DNA of 30,984 nucleotides from Gemmatimonadales bacterium (lineage in GTDB: Bacteria > Gemmatimonadota > Gemmatimonadetes > Gemmatimonadales > GWC2-71-9), in NCBI GenBank assembly GCA_041615815.1, contig JBFJCP010000040.1:1-30984 (forward strand), written 5' to 3'. Under the pieces are notes generated by a model. It did not search any database and was not told where the DNA came from. It worked only from the letters and a program-made list of their open reading frames with translations. The position numbers and the translations under genes are program-made. Below are positions 8,067-16,386 of the stretch, piece by piece (position 1 is the first letter of the stretch; each line of letters opens with the position of its first letter).

Positions 8067-9284
8067 CTACGGTCGTACGACACGGATCACCTGCCCGATT
8101 GTGTCGACCTGATAGATGGGACCGCGCCAGATGTCATCGCCATAGGCGATCCCCTGCGAACCGCTCAACGCCCCCGCCGCGGTCAGGCCCCCCATGGAAA
8201 ACCCATCCGCCCCGCCGTTACTCACCGTATACCCCATATCCTCCAGCGATGCCACCGTAATGGCGCTCAGAGGATTCTGCCGCCCCGGATCCAGAAAGCC
8301 CGTCATCAACTCGGTGTCCATGACCGACTCTCGCCAGTGACCGTCCGCAGTCCCAGCGCCGCCCGTGTCTTCCACAGGCACTTTCGCCCCCGAATACGAG
8401 GTCCCACCTGCATCGTCGAAGGCGCCGACAGCCAGAGCCCCAGTGAAATGCGGATCCTGACCCCCGGATTGGGACGGATCGGCGAGGAGTCCCATGGTCG
8501 TCCAGAGCGTCCCCACCCCCAGTACGTGTCCCATCTCGTGCAGAATGACGGATCCCAGATCCCCGCTCGTCTCGAGGACAGTCAGATCGCCGGAGTCGAA
8601 CGTCATTTGCCCGAGAATCGGCAGATTGTTGGCGATGCGGACGAAACAGGGTCCCGCGCTTCCCAGTACCCCGCCCGGACCGTCGATCGGCTCAATCGTG
8701 ACCAAAATGATGACGTCGTCAACGGTCTCGTTGATCGCAGGCGAATTGGACCCGCACTGGCCCGCCTGCGTGGTGAGCTGCACGTCCGGGAGATCACCGA
8801 TCACGAGTCCCTGCCAGCGGGCGGCCGCATTGTTGAACGCCTGCTGCTGGGCCGCAGTGGCACCCGTTTGATAGCGGAGCTCGATCTGAAACCCGCCGGT
8901 GCCGGTGGCTGTGAAGGTGACGGGCGTCAGGGCCCCCACCTCAGCGCGAAGCTCGTTGGTCCCGGGTGACGAGCCCAGAGTCCAGCTCCCCACCGCCGCC
9001 ACGCCATCGGTCCCGGTCGTGGCGGGCGATCCCGTCACGGATCCACCACCAGACTGCACCGTGAAGCTGACCGACACCCCGGCCACGGGGTCGCCACCAG
9101 CATCCGTGACCCGAACCGACGGCGCCACCAGCACCGCCTGCCCGGCCTGGGCCGTTTGTCCGTCACCAGCCGACAAGGCGAGGGTTGCCGGCGTTTGATT
9201 GTCGGGCGGATCGCCGGGGCCGGACACGGTGTTACACGCCGCGGCAAGCGCGCCAACGACGATCGTGAGAAACAGTCGACGCAC
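8067..9284 (-). CDS. Leishmanolysin-like (M8) zinc metallopeptidase lipoprotein with Ig-like domain
   Basis: GTG start at 9284 after GGAGGG; lipobox LAAAC. Ig-like segment (SAGDGQTAQAGQ...VRVTDAGGDPVAGVSVSF). Zinc motif VILHEMGHVLG, third ligand in DGHWRES, Met-turn ELMTG, and PLSAITVASLEDMGY. Confidence 0.88.
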   Translation of the reverse strand: MRRLFLTIVVGALAAACNTVSGPGDPPDNQTPATLALSAGDGQTAQAGQAVLVAPSVRVTDAGGDPVAGVSVSFTVQSGGGSVTGSPATTGTDGVAAVGSWTLGSSPGTNELRAEVGALTPVTFTATGTGGFQIELRYQTGATAAQQQAFNNAAARWQGLVIGDLPDVQLTTQAGQCGSNSPAINETVDDVIILVTIEPIDGPGGVLGSAGPCFVRIANNLPILGQMTFDSGDLTVLETSGDLGSVILHEMGHVLGVGTLWTTMGLLADPSQSGGQDPHFTGALAVGAFDDAGGTSYSGAKVPVEDTGGAGTADGHWRESVMDTELMTGFLDPGRQNPLSAITVASLEDMGYTVSNGGADGFSMGGLTAAGALSGSQGIAYGDDIWRGPIYQVDTIGQVIRVVRP

Positions 9285-9569
9285 AGTACCCTCCGTTGGC
9301 GTCGCGTCCGTCGTGAGTTGCAAACGCCGGGCTCTCCCCGGCGTGCCACAAGATCGGTGTTTCGGGAGCATCTCGCGGTGACAGACCTCACAGGGTGGGT
9401 GTGAGCGAGCGGAGGCAACTTCTTGATTCGTACCGGATTAGGGGCGAGACCCCAGGACGTCTCCGGAGACACCCTTGCGAGACGGGTGCGGCGGGCGGTA
9501 TTTGCGAACAGGCTGACGGTCGTGGGCGGTCCGCGGCAACCCGGTGCTGAATCCAGAACGGAGGAGACG

Positions 9570-10349
9570 ATGGCCAAACGCAGTCCCCGTGGGCGCTTCG
9601 TGTGGTACGAGCTGATGACCACCGATCCCCAGAGCGCGATGGGGTTCTACACGCAAGTCATGGGTTGGTCCACCAGCCCCTTCGAGGCAGCCGGCACGCC
9701 GTATACGATGTGGATGAATGGCGAAGTGCCGGTGGGTGGCGTGATGCAACTACCGGCTCCAGCCGCTGCGGCAGGAGCGCCTCCACACTGGCTCGCCTAC
9801 ATTGGCACTACCGACGTGGATGACACGGTGGCCAAGGCCCAAAAGCACGGTGCGACGGTCCTCGTCCCCCCACACGCCATCCCCACCGTGGGGCGATTTG
9901 CGGTTTTGGAGGATCCCCAGGGTGCCATCTTTGCCGCGTTTACCCCTGAGGGGGACACGCCCGGGCACGGTGGGAGGCCGCGGATCGGCGAGTTCTCCTG
10001 GCACGAGCTGGCAACTCGCGATCATGAGGCCGCCTTCGAGTTCTATCGAAAGCTCTTCGGATGGAAGAGGACGGACGCGATGGACATGGGCGAGATGGGG
10101 ACCTATCAGATGTACGGGCGCGGCAAGGAGACGTTGGGGGGGATGTTCAATAAGAGTCTCGAGATGCCGGGACCCCCAGCCTGGCTGCTCTATGTCCGGG
10201 TGCCGGACGTCGATGGGGCGGTAGCCACCGTGCAGCGGTTGGGTGGCCAAGTCCCGAACGGTCCCATGGAGGTGCCAGGCGGCGACCGGATCGCCCAATG
10301 CCTGGACCCACAAGGTACCGCGTTCGCGGTCCACATGGTTGCGTCCTGA
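9570..10349 (+). CDS. Tandem two-domain VOC family protein (CFP32/Rv0577-like)
   Basis: GGAGGAG then ATG at 9570. Two repeats: GRFVWYELMTTD...HWLAYI...EDPQGA and GEFSWHELATRD...AWLLYV...LDPQGT. Confidence 0.9.
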   Translation: MAKRSPRGRFVWYELMTTDPQSAMGFYTQVMGWSTSPFEAAGTPYTMWMNGEVPVGGVMQLPAPAAAAGAPPHWLAYIGTTDVDDTVAKAQKHGATVLVPPHAIPTVGRFAVLEDPQGAIFAAFTPEGDTPGHGGRPRIGEFSWHELATRDHEAAFEFYRKLFGWKRTDAMDMGEMGTYQMYGRGKETLGGMFNKSLEMPGPPAWLLYVRVPDVDGAVATVQRLGGQVPNGPMEVPGGDRIAQCLDPQGTAFAVHMVAS

Positions 10350-10370
10350 CGGTCGTATCCTCGATCACAT

Positions 10371-10416
10371 GAACCCCGGTTCGGGTGCGCCATGCCCGGG
10401 CCGGGGTTCTCACTTT
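10371..10416 (+). terminator. Probable intrinsic terminator
   Basis: GAACCCCGG...CCGGGGTTC long stem with internal G-U pairs, 21 nt after the VOC stop, followed by TCACTTT. Confidence 0.55.
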
Positions 10417-10527
10417 CATCGACCTGCCCAAGGGGGGTAGGGAGCCTGTCATATACTCCCGCGGTTCGAGTCACTCATCCTCAGCCGCCGGACCGCGCCG
10501 CCTAGTGAGACGGGACGGAAGCCACAC

Positions 10528-11028
10528 ATGGATCTGGAGCGGGAACTCGAGCAGCATCACCGGGCGGCGTTTGGCTGGGCCCTCAGCTGCAGCAGTTGGG
10601 ACCGCGACCTGGCGGACGATGTTCTCCAGACGGCGTATCTCAAGGTGCTCGATGGGCGGGCGCGTTTTGAAGGCAGATCGAGCTTTCGCACGTGGCTCTT
10701 CGGGGTGATTCGCCGCACGGTTGCTGAGGTGCGCCGGCGACGGGCGGTGGGGCGGCTGGTCTCACTCGAGTGGCTCGATCGGCGCACGGCGGATGCCGAA
10801 GATGCGGCCATGCGTTTGATCCGGTCGGAGGCGACGCAACAGCTCATGGTCGCTCTCAAACGGCTTCCAAAGCGACAACGAGAGGTGTTGCACTTGGTCT
10901 TCTATCAGGACATGAGCATCGCGGAAGCGTCGGGTGTGCTTGGGATCTCGGTTGGGACCGCCCGAACGCATTACGAGCGCGGCAAGCGACGGCTGCGACA
11001 AGAACTGGGAGGGCTGTCAGAGGCATGA
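10528..11028 (+). CDS. ECF-type RNA polymerase sigma-70 factor
   Basis: Region 2: ADDVLQTAYLKV...FEGRSSFRTWLFGVIR. Region 4: LPKRQREVLHLVFYQDMSIAEASGVLGISVGTARTHYERG. Confidence 0.93.
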   Translation: MDLERELEQHHRAAFGWALSCSSWDRDLADDVLQTAYLKVLDGRARFEGRSSFRTWLFGVIRRTVAEVRRRRAVGRLVSLEWLDRRTADAEDAAMRLIRSEATQQLMVALKRLPKRQREVLHLVFYQDMSIAEASGVLGISVGTARTHYERGKRRLRQELGGLSEA

Positions 11029-11399
11029 ACCCAGACCGCGGCGATGATTATCTGCGGCAACGCTTCGAGGATCTCCGCAACGAGGACCGATCGCAGGCGG
11101 GGGCCTTTCGGGCACCAGTCCGCCGACCTTCGCCGCGACTCCATCCGGCGTGGGTATTGACCGTGCTGCTGATCATCGCCGTCGGCCTCCTCTGGGGGGT
11201 GCGCGATGGAGATCCTCGACACGCGGCGATGGAGATCGATCTCGCCGGCTCGGAGTGGGTCGCACCCACGGATTTCCTGCTGGAGACACCTGGATGGGAA
11301 TTTCTTGCTGGTGTTCCCGTGATTGGTGCCGGAGCGCTCGCACCTACGAGCCGGCCAGCCGGGGACGATGAGGACTCGCTACGCAGGGGGCAATCGTGA
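11025..11399 (+). CDS. Putative single-pass anti-sigma factor
   Basis: ATG at 11025 overlaps the sigma stop (ATGA). Short cytoplasmic N-terminus (DDYLRQRFEDLR), one TM helix (AWVLTVLLIIAVGLLWGV), and an extracytoplasmic tail with WVAPTDFLLETPG. The function is inferred from position and topology. Confidence 0.65.
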   Translation: MNPDRGDDYLRQRFEDLRNEDRSQAGAFRAPVRRPSPRLHPAWVLTVLLIIAVGLLWGVRDGDPRHAAMEIDLAGSEWVAPTDFLLETPGWEFLAGVPVIGAGALAPTSRPAGDDEDSLRRGQS

Positions 11400-11842
11400 A
11401 GGGAACGGGAGTCGTGCTCGGGGTCCTGGCGGTCATGCCAACCGCCTTGGCGGGCCAACAACCGGAGAGGGAAGCGCAGGGCTTTGCTCGGCACCTCTTT
11501 CCTCCCGAGTTGATCATGCAGTACCAGCGCCAGATTGGCCTCACCGCCGAACAACGATCGACCATCACGGGAGCGATCCGCGAGCTGCAGGGGCGCGTGG
11601 TCGAGTTGCAGTGGCAGATGCAGGACCAGAATCAGCGGTTGGCTGAGTTGTTGGCCCAGTCGCCGGTGGATTCCGCGGCGGCTCTCGCTCAGGTTGACCG
11701 CATTCTCGATACCGAGCGGCAGGTGAAGCGCGCACATCTGGCGCTCCTGATCCGGATCAAGAACACGCTCACCCAAGACCAACGGGACCAGCTCCGTCGG
11801 CTTCGTGCCGGTGCGGAGGGCACTGGTCCTCCTGACGGGTGA
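11396..11842 (+). CDS. Periplasmic Spy/CpxP / heavy-metal-sensor-like helical protein
   Basis: GTGA overlap with the upstream gene; signal peptide; two LTxxQ motifs (IGLTAEQR, TLTQDQR) flanking a coiled helical body. Confidence 0.8.
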   Translation: MKGTGVVLGVLAVMPTALAGQQPEREAQGFARHLFPPELIMQYQRQIGLTAEQRSTITGAIRELQGRVVELQWQMQDQNQRLAELLAQSPVDSAAALAQVDRILDTERQVKRAHLALLIRIKNTLTQDQRDQLRRLRAGAEGTGPPDG

Positions 11843-11891
11843 ACCGGATCTCCTCGTGGGAACGCCGTGCATCTCGAAAAAAGGGGGAATC

Positions 11892-13001
11892 ATGAATTCC
11901 CGATGGCGCTTGCTGAGAACGCTACCGCTCGCCGTGTTCCTGCTCACCGTGGTGGGCTGTGCCGCAGAAGAGGCAACGCAGCGTACCGAGCAACCTGCTT
12001 TCGATGCAGCGCGGCTCGGAACCGATCTCGAGACCGTGCGGACGGTGCTGGGAACGGACGTATGGCAGAGCTTTGAGGCACTCGGCCCGCGTTTCGGCAC
12101 CGGACCGGGTCCCGGCTTGGCAGTTCCTGGGCCGGGCGACGCGCTCCGAACCGGGGGTGATCCGCAGGCCATTCGAGAGCTCGCGTTCGCCTTGCTTCGC
12201 GATGCCCTTGCCAGGCCGCCAGCCGTCGCGGCCGTTCCGCGCATCCCGTTCGACCTTCGCGGCACCACGTTTGTGTTGGATCCGGTCAGCCTCGAGTACG
12301 TTCCCGATCCGGATCGATTTGGTGCCCCGGACAACGGCATCCGCTTCATCCTGTACGCCGTCAATCCCGTCACGCGAGAGCCAATCGTGGAGACCGAGAT
12401 CGGGTTCGCGGACTTCACCGACGAAGGTGATGCTCTCGAGCAGGGCATCTCACTCCGCTTCGAGGTGGTGTCGGGCGGTGCCACGTTCGTGGACTACCTC
12501 GTCACGGCCGAGGGGACGGAGACGTCCGGAGCGCTCGACATCACGGGGTTCATCAGTGACGGGATGACGCGCGTGGAGTTCACCATGACGGCATCGGGAA
12601 TGCAGGTCGAGGACGTCGAGACTGGCGAGCTCAGCTTCGAGATTAGGATCGCCCAGCGCGAGTTTTGGGCGGCCGCCACGCTCCGAAGTACTGACGGACC
12701 GGACGGTCAGATCGGGACGCTCGATCTCACGGTGGAAGTCGGTGACGCTCGCATCGAGTTCTCGGCAGAGGCCGCAGATGCGTTCATCGACGCCACGTTC
12801 ACTGTGAACGGACAGCTGTTTGCGACGGTGCGGGGAAATCCTGCGTCACCCGAGATCGCGGGGGCCGAGGGCCGTCCGCTCAGCGCTCAGGAACGGCACG
12901 TGCTCCACGAGCTCACGCAGCTCAGTGGACGGGTCTTCGAGATGTTTGGGCATTTGATGCAGCCTGCGGGCGCCATCCTCGGGGTGGGAGGCGAGGTCTA
13001 A
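11892..13001 (+). CDS. Hypothetical lipoprotein, beta-strand rich
   Basis: GGGGGA then ATG at 11892; lipobox VVGC after a basic/hydrophobic leader; acidic body with alternating beta-strand pattern. Confidence 0.75.
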   Translation: MNSRWRLLRTLPLAVFLLTVVGCAAEEATQRTEQPAFDAARLGTDLETVRTVLGTDVWQSFEALGPRFGTGPGPGLAVPGPGDALRTGGDPQAIRELAFALLRDALARPPAVAAVPRIPFDLRGTTFVLDPVSLEYVPDPDRFGAPDNGIRFILYAVNPVTREPIVETEIGFADFTDEGDALEQGISLRFEVVSGGATFVDYLVTAEGTETSGALDITGFISDGMTRVEFTMTASGMQVEDVETGELSFEIRIAQREFWAAATLRSTDGPDGQIGTLDLTVEVGDARIEFSAEAADAFIDATFTVNGQLFATVRGNPASPEIAGAEGRPLSAQERHVLHELTQLSGRVFEMFGHLMQPAGAILGVGGEV

Positions 13002-13020
13002 CCGCGAGGTGCCATTGCGT

Positions 13021-13083
13021 CCCCCGGGGCATCGCCGTCCCGGGGGTTGCGCCTCTCCCGCCCCGCGGCGCTTTCGTTTTCTT
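13021..13083. terminator. Hairpin between convergent genes
   Basis: CCCCCGGGGC-ATCGCC-GTCCCGGGGG at 13021-13046, with a T-rich tract at 13072-13083. Confidence 0.45.
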
Positions 13084-13086
13084 CGC

Positions 13087-13497
13087 CTATTGCGCCGTTC
13101 TATCGACGCGGGATCGTTCCACCGACAACCATAGGCCCAGCAACGCCGTGGGGGCAACGATGACGAGTTGGTAGAACGGAACCAAGACCAGCAGGATACC
13201 GCTTTGCGGGTCGAGATGCAGGACGAACCCGCTGTAATACGCCCACCCAGCAAGTCCCACGACGAGCGCGGTGCCGGCCGCGAACACGATCCAGCCCCAC
13301 AGCCGCGGACCCAGGCGTCCCATCAAGAGGCCTAGCACGACATAGGGCAGAACCGTCCAGCCGCCGAAGGCGATGGCCACGATCCAGCGAGCGAGCGTGC
13401 TGGGGGGGCCCCCGGCCTGGAAAACGAACCCCAGCGTCGCGACCCCCGCGACGATCAGGACGCCAAGGAGGAGCCGTTTCCAGGCAAGAGCGCTCAT
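13087..13497 (-). CDS. Hypothetical integral membrane protein (about 4 TM helices)
   Basis: Four hydrophobic segments and a DPQSGILLVLVPFYQ motif; fills the gap between neighbouring genes. Confidence 0.75.
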   Translation of the reverse strand: MSALAWKRLLLGVLIVAGVATLGFVFQAGGPPSTLARWIVAIAFGGWTVLPYVVLGLLMGRLGPRLWGWIVFAAGTALVVGLAGWAYYSGFVLHLDPQSGILLVLVPFYQLVIVAPTALLGLWLSVERSRVDRTAQ

Positions 13498-13526
13498 GGT
13501 GCCGGAGGACGACCGGTTGCTTGGAG

Positions 13527-13646
13527 TCAGGCTGTCTTCTTGGAACGCTTCGCTTCGCGGCGTTTCTTCTGGGGACGCGGCCGGGACTTTCCGTAGCTCT
13601 TTGCGCGTATTTTTCCGCGTTTCGACTTTCGATCACCTTTTCCCAT
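13527..13646 (-). CDS. thx: 30S ribosomal protein Thx (bS31 / bTHX)
   Basis: 39 aa MGKGDRKSKRGKIRAKSYGKSRPRPQKKRREAKRSKKTA from ATG at 13646 with a GAGGAG Shine-Dalgarno. Matches the Thx pattern MGKGD-xxxx-RGKI-xxx-(S/T)YGKxRPR. In the ORF track it appears only as the tail of the spurious 225-aa ORF. Confidence 0.92.
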   Translation of the reverse strand: MGKGDRKSKRGKIRAKSYGKSRPRPQKKRREAKRSKKTA

Positions 13647-13826
13647 GCTGTCGCTCCTCGTCAGGGGTGAGCAAGACCGGGCGCCCAAGCGGCGCCCCGG
13701 TGTGGAGACGAAAGGTGCGACGGTGCGGAGGTGGAGGCAACTCGTGGGGGCGACCGTGGGTCGGATGGACCGATTACCTTTCGTGCCCAACGAACCGTCG
13801 CAATCTCTCACGGGGGTACGATCTAT

Positions 13827-14870
13827 ATGACGATGAGCTACCGGCTCCTCGGCCATAGCGGTCTGCGTGTCTCGGAACTGGCGTTGGGCACCATGACCTT
13901 TGGCGAAGAGTGGGGATGGGGAGCGTCCAAGACCGAAAGCCGTAAGATGTTCGATGCCTTCGCCGACGCCGGGGGCAACTTCATCGACACGGCCAACCGC
14001 TATACGGAGGGCACAAGCGAGCGGCTCGTGGGCGAATTCGTTCGCTCTGAGCGCGAACAGTTCGTCGTTGCAACCAAGTATACCCTGTTCATGCGCCGCG
14101 GTGATCCCAACGGGGGCGGGAATCATCGCAAGAACATGGTCCAGGCCCTCGAAGCGAGCCTCCGCCGTCTCGGTACCGAATACATTGATCTCTATTGGGT
14201 GCATGCCTGGGACGCCATGACGCCGACCGACGAGGTGATGCGCGGGCTCGACGACCTCGTGCGCCAGGGCAAGGTACTGTACGTGGGGATCTCCGATACG
14301 CCAGCTTGGGTGGTGGCTCGTGCGAACACGCTGGCCGAGCTTCGCGGCTGGACGAGGTTCGTCGGGCTCCAGCTCCGCTACAGCCTCATCGATCGCACGG
14401 CGGAACGAGACTTGTTACCCATGGCGCGAGCGTTGGACCTCGCCGTCACGCCATGGAGTGTACTTGGCGCCGGCGTGCTCACGGGGAAGTACAATCGTGA
14501 CACGCCGCCGTCGGAAGGCCGAGCCAAGAAAGGGGCAGCCACGGTCGAACGAAACCTGCAGATCGCCCAGGTCGTCGTCGATATCGCGGCTGACATAGGG
14601 TGCACGCCATCACAAGTGGCGATCAGTTGGGCCCAACATCGGGACGGCGTCATGATTCCGCTGATCGGTGCGCGGTCGCTCACGCAACTCCAGGACAATT
14701 TGGGCGCGCTCGAGGTGACCTTGACGCCGCCGCAGTTGCAGCGCCTCGGCGAGGTAAGCCGGGTGGACATGGGGTTTCCTCACAATTTTCTCGCCGAGGG
14801 TGGGATCCAAGACCTGATCTATGGCGGAACACGCGATCGGATCCACAGCCACCGAGCCGTCACCCCCTGA
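13827..14870 (+). CDS. Aldo/keto reductase
   Basis: YRLLGHSGLRVSELALGTMTFG, FIDTANRY, ATKY, SLRRLGTEYIDLYWVH, GKVLYVGIS, PLIGAR. Start is 13827 or 13833. Confidence 0.95.
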   Translation: MTMSYRLLGHSGLRVSELALGTMTFGEEWGWGASKTESRKMFDAFADAGGNFIDTANRYTEGTSERLVGEFVRSEREQFVVATKYTLFMRRGDPNGGGNHRKNMVQALEASLRRLGTEYIDLYWVHAWDAMTPTDEVMRGLDDLVRQGKVLYVGISDTPAWVVARANTLAELRGWTRFVGLQLRYSLIDRTAERDLLPMARALDLAVTPWSVLGAGVLTGKYNRDTPPSEGRAKKGAATVERNLQIAQVVVDIAADIGCTPSQVAISWAQHRDGVMIPLIGARSLTQLQDNLGALEVTLTPPQLQRLGEVSRVDMGFPHNFLAEGGIQDLIYGGTRDRIHSHRAVTP

Positions 14871-14936
14871 CGGGCGATCCCAGTCCCCAGCCGATCCCGT
14901 GGCTGGCGACCCAACATGGTCCGCTTTTTGCCCCCT

Positions 14937-14951
14937 TAGGGATAATCCCTA
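14937..14951. promoter_or_regulatory. Perfect inverted repeat, candidate operator
   Basis: TAGGGAT-A-ATCCCTA in the intergenic region upstream of the ATP-grasp gene. Confidence 0.45.
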
Positions 14952-15019
14952 GCCTCCCTTAGCGTTACCGGCTCGGTACCAAGGGCGGCCATACCTCCGC
15001 TCTACGAAGCGGCGAGGAA

Positions 15020-16378
15020 ATGCGGGTTTCTTCACAACCGACGTTCGGCCGCACCGCGTCCACGGCCGTTGCAGTCGTGCCGCAGGGATGTGTCTCGTCG
15101 AACCGCCCGCACGTGAGGGGGCCTCGGCCCCCTGCCGTGGTGCTCGGGCTCTGCAAACACGGGTTGTACCTGGCACGAACGCTGGCCCGGCATGGGGTTC
15201 CGCTGATCGCGTTCGAGTCCGACATGAGCCGCTCGTCAGCCCACACACGGTACGGGCGAAAGATTGTCGTCGAGAGCCTCGAAACGCATCGGTTGATCGA
15301 TGCGCTGGTCGAGCTGCAAGATGATCTCGAGATCCCCGCCGTGCTGTTTGCCACCAATGACAGGATCGTCGACGTTCTCCTGGCGTACTGGCCACGTCTC
15401 GAGCGGATGTACCGTCTACCGTTCGGCCAGACTGAGCTCTTCGACGCTCTGAAAGACAAGGGACGGCTGCATCACCTTGCCGAGGAGTTCGGGTTTGACG
15501 TTCCGAGAACCCGGGTGGTCCACACGCTGGAAGACGTTGCGTCTATCCCGGCGGCTTTTGCCTTCCCAGTCGCGATCAAGCCCGCATGGCCCATGGGAAA
15601 GTTCAAGCTGAAGCGCTGTGATTCTGTCGCGGAGCTCACGCAACACGTGGCGGTGGGCGATCGGCTGCGCGAGCCTATTGTCGTGCAAGAGTGGCTTCCT
15701 GGAAGCGAAGAACGCCTGGTGTTCGGCGCGTATTACCTCGCCAAAGACGGAACCTGCGCTGCTCGCTACGGGGGCCGAAAACTCCTTGCGTTTCCCGACG
15801 TGGCTGGACATACGGTAAGCTGCGAAACGTGGGAGTTCCCAGACGAGCTCCACGAGCAGAGCGTGGCGTTCCTCCGCAGCGTTGGGTACTGGGGCATTGC
15901 GTCCATCGAGTTCAAGCTCGTTCCACCGGGGCGCGTCGTCTTCATCGAGGTCACCGTGGGCCGAACGGACTGGTGGCAGATGTGTTGCGGGGTCAATGGA
16001 GTCGAGATCCCCATCGCTGCGTACAATGACGTAACCGGTCAGCGCCTCTCCCATCGGAATCGGCAGCGACACAAGTACGTTTGGCACGATCTCGAAGGCG
16101 CATTCTTCATGGTGCCGCAGAAGGTCCGGCGGGGCGACTGGTCCCTTGGTCAGGTCGTGCGCTACCTGGTTCGGCGGAAGCGAGAGGCGCTGTTCGATTG
16201 GCGTGATTGGCGACCCTTTTGGCACTTCTTGCTCCACTTTCTCCGCGCTCGCATGCGGAACATCGGCAAGCTCGTTCGCAGAACCGACCGCGTGGGTTCG
16301 GACCAAGCTTGGTCGGCATCTCATAATGGCAATTCCAGCACGAGTTCGAGTAGGTCCTCAGAGCTGGTGAAGCCATGA
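15020..16378 (+). CDS. ATP-grasp carboxylate-amine ligase (D-aspartate-ligase-like subfamily)
   Basis: N-terminal AVVLG..HGLYLARTLARHGV; then DKGRLHHLA..G..VPRT, FPVAIKP, VVQEWLPG, GIASIEFK, FIEV. The start is uncertain (ATG 15020 or a later GTG). Confidence 0.82.
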   Translation: MRVSSQPTFGRTASTAVAVVPQGCVSSNRPHVRGPRPPAVVLGLCKHGLYLARTLARHGVPLIAFESDMSRSSAHTRYGRKIVVESLETHRLIDALVELQDDLEIPAVLFATNDRIVDVLLAYWPRLERMYRLPFGQTELFDALKDKGRLHHLAEEFGFDVPRTRVVHTLEDVASIPAAFAFPVAIKPAWPMGKFKLKRCDSVAELTQHVAVGDRLREPIVVQEWLPGSEERLVFGAYYLAKDGTCAARYGGRKLLAFPDVAGHTVSCETWEFPDELHEQSVAFLRSVGYWGIASIEFKLVPPGRVVFIEVTVGRTDWWQMCCGVNGVEIPIAAYNDVTGQRLSHRNRQRHKYVWHDLEGAFFMVPQKVRRGDWSLGQVVRYLVRRKREALFDWRDWRPFWHFLLHFLRARMRNIGKLVRRTDRVGSDQAWSASHNGNSSTSSSRSSELVKP

Positions 16379-16386
16379 CGCTCGTA

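Noticed and set aside
10421..10490. tRNA-like fragment containing GGTTCGAGTC
   Set aside because: No T-stem, acceptor stem or cloverleaf can be formed.
11048..12484. 478-aa minus-strand ORF, and similar long shadows (411-1352, 8064-8969, 24654-25961, 26525-27490)
   Set aside because: They overlap well-supported genes on the opposite strand and have Ser/Arg/Pro- or His-rich compositions with no recognisable domain.
13527..14204. 225-aa minus-strand ORF as a single protein
   Set aside because: Mostly antisense to the aldo/keto reductase. Only the last 39 codons (Thx, with its own SD and ATG) are credible.
14937..14945. TAGGGATAA, the first half of the I-SceI recognition site
   Set aside because: The remaining bases do not match; the sequence is explained by the local palindrome.
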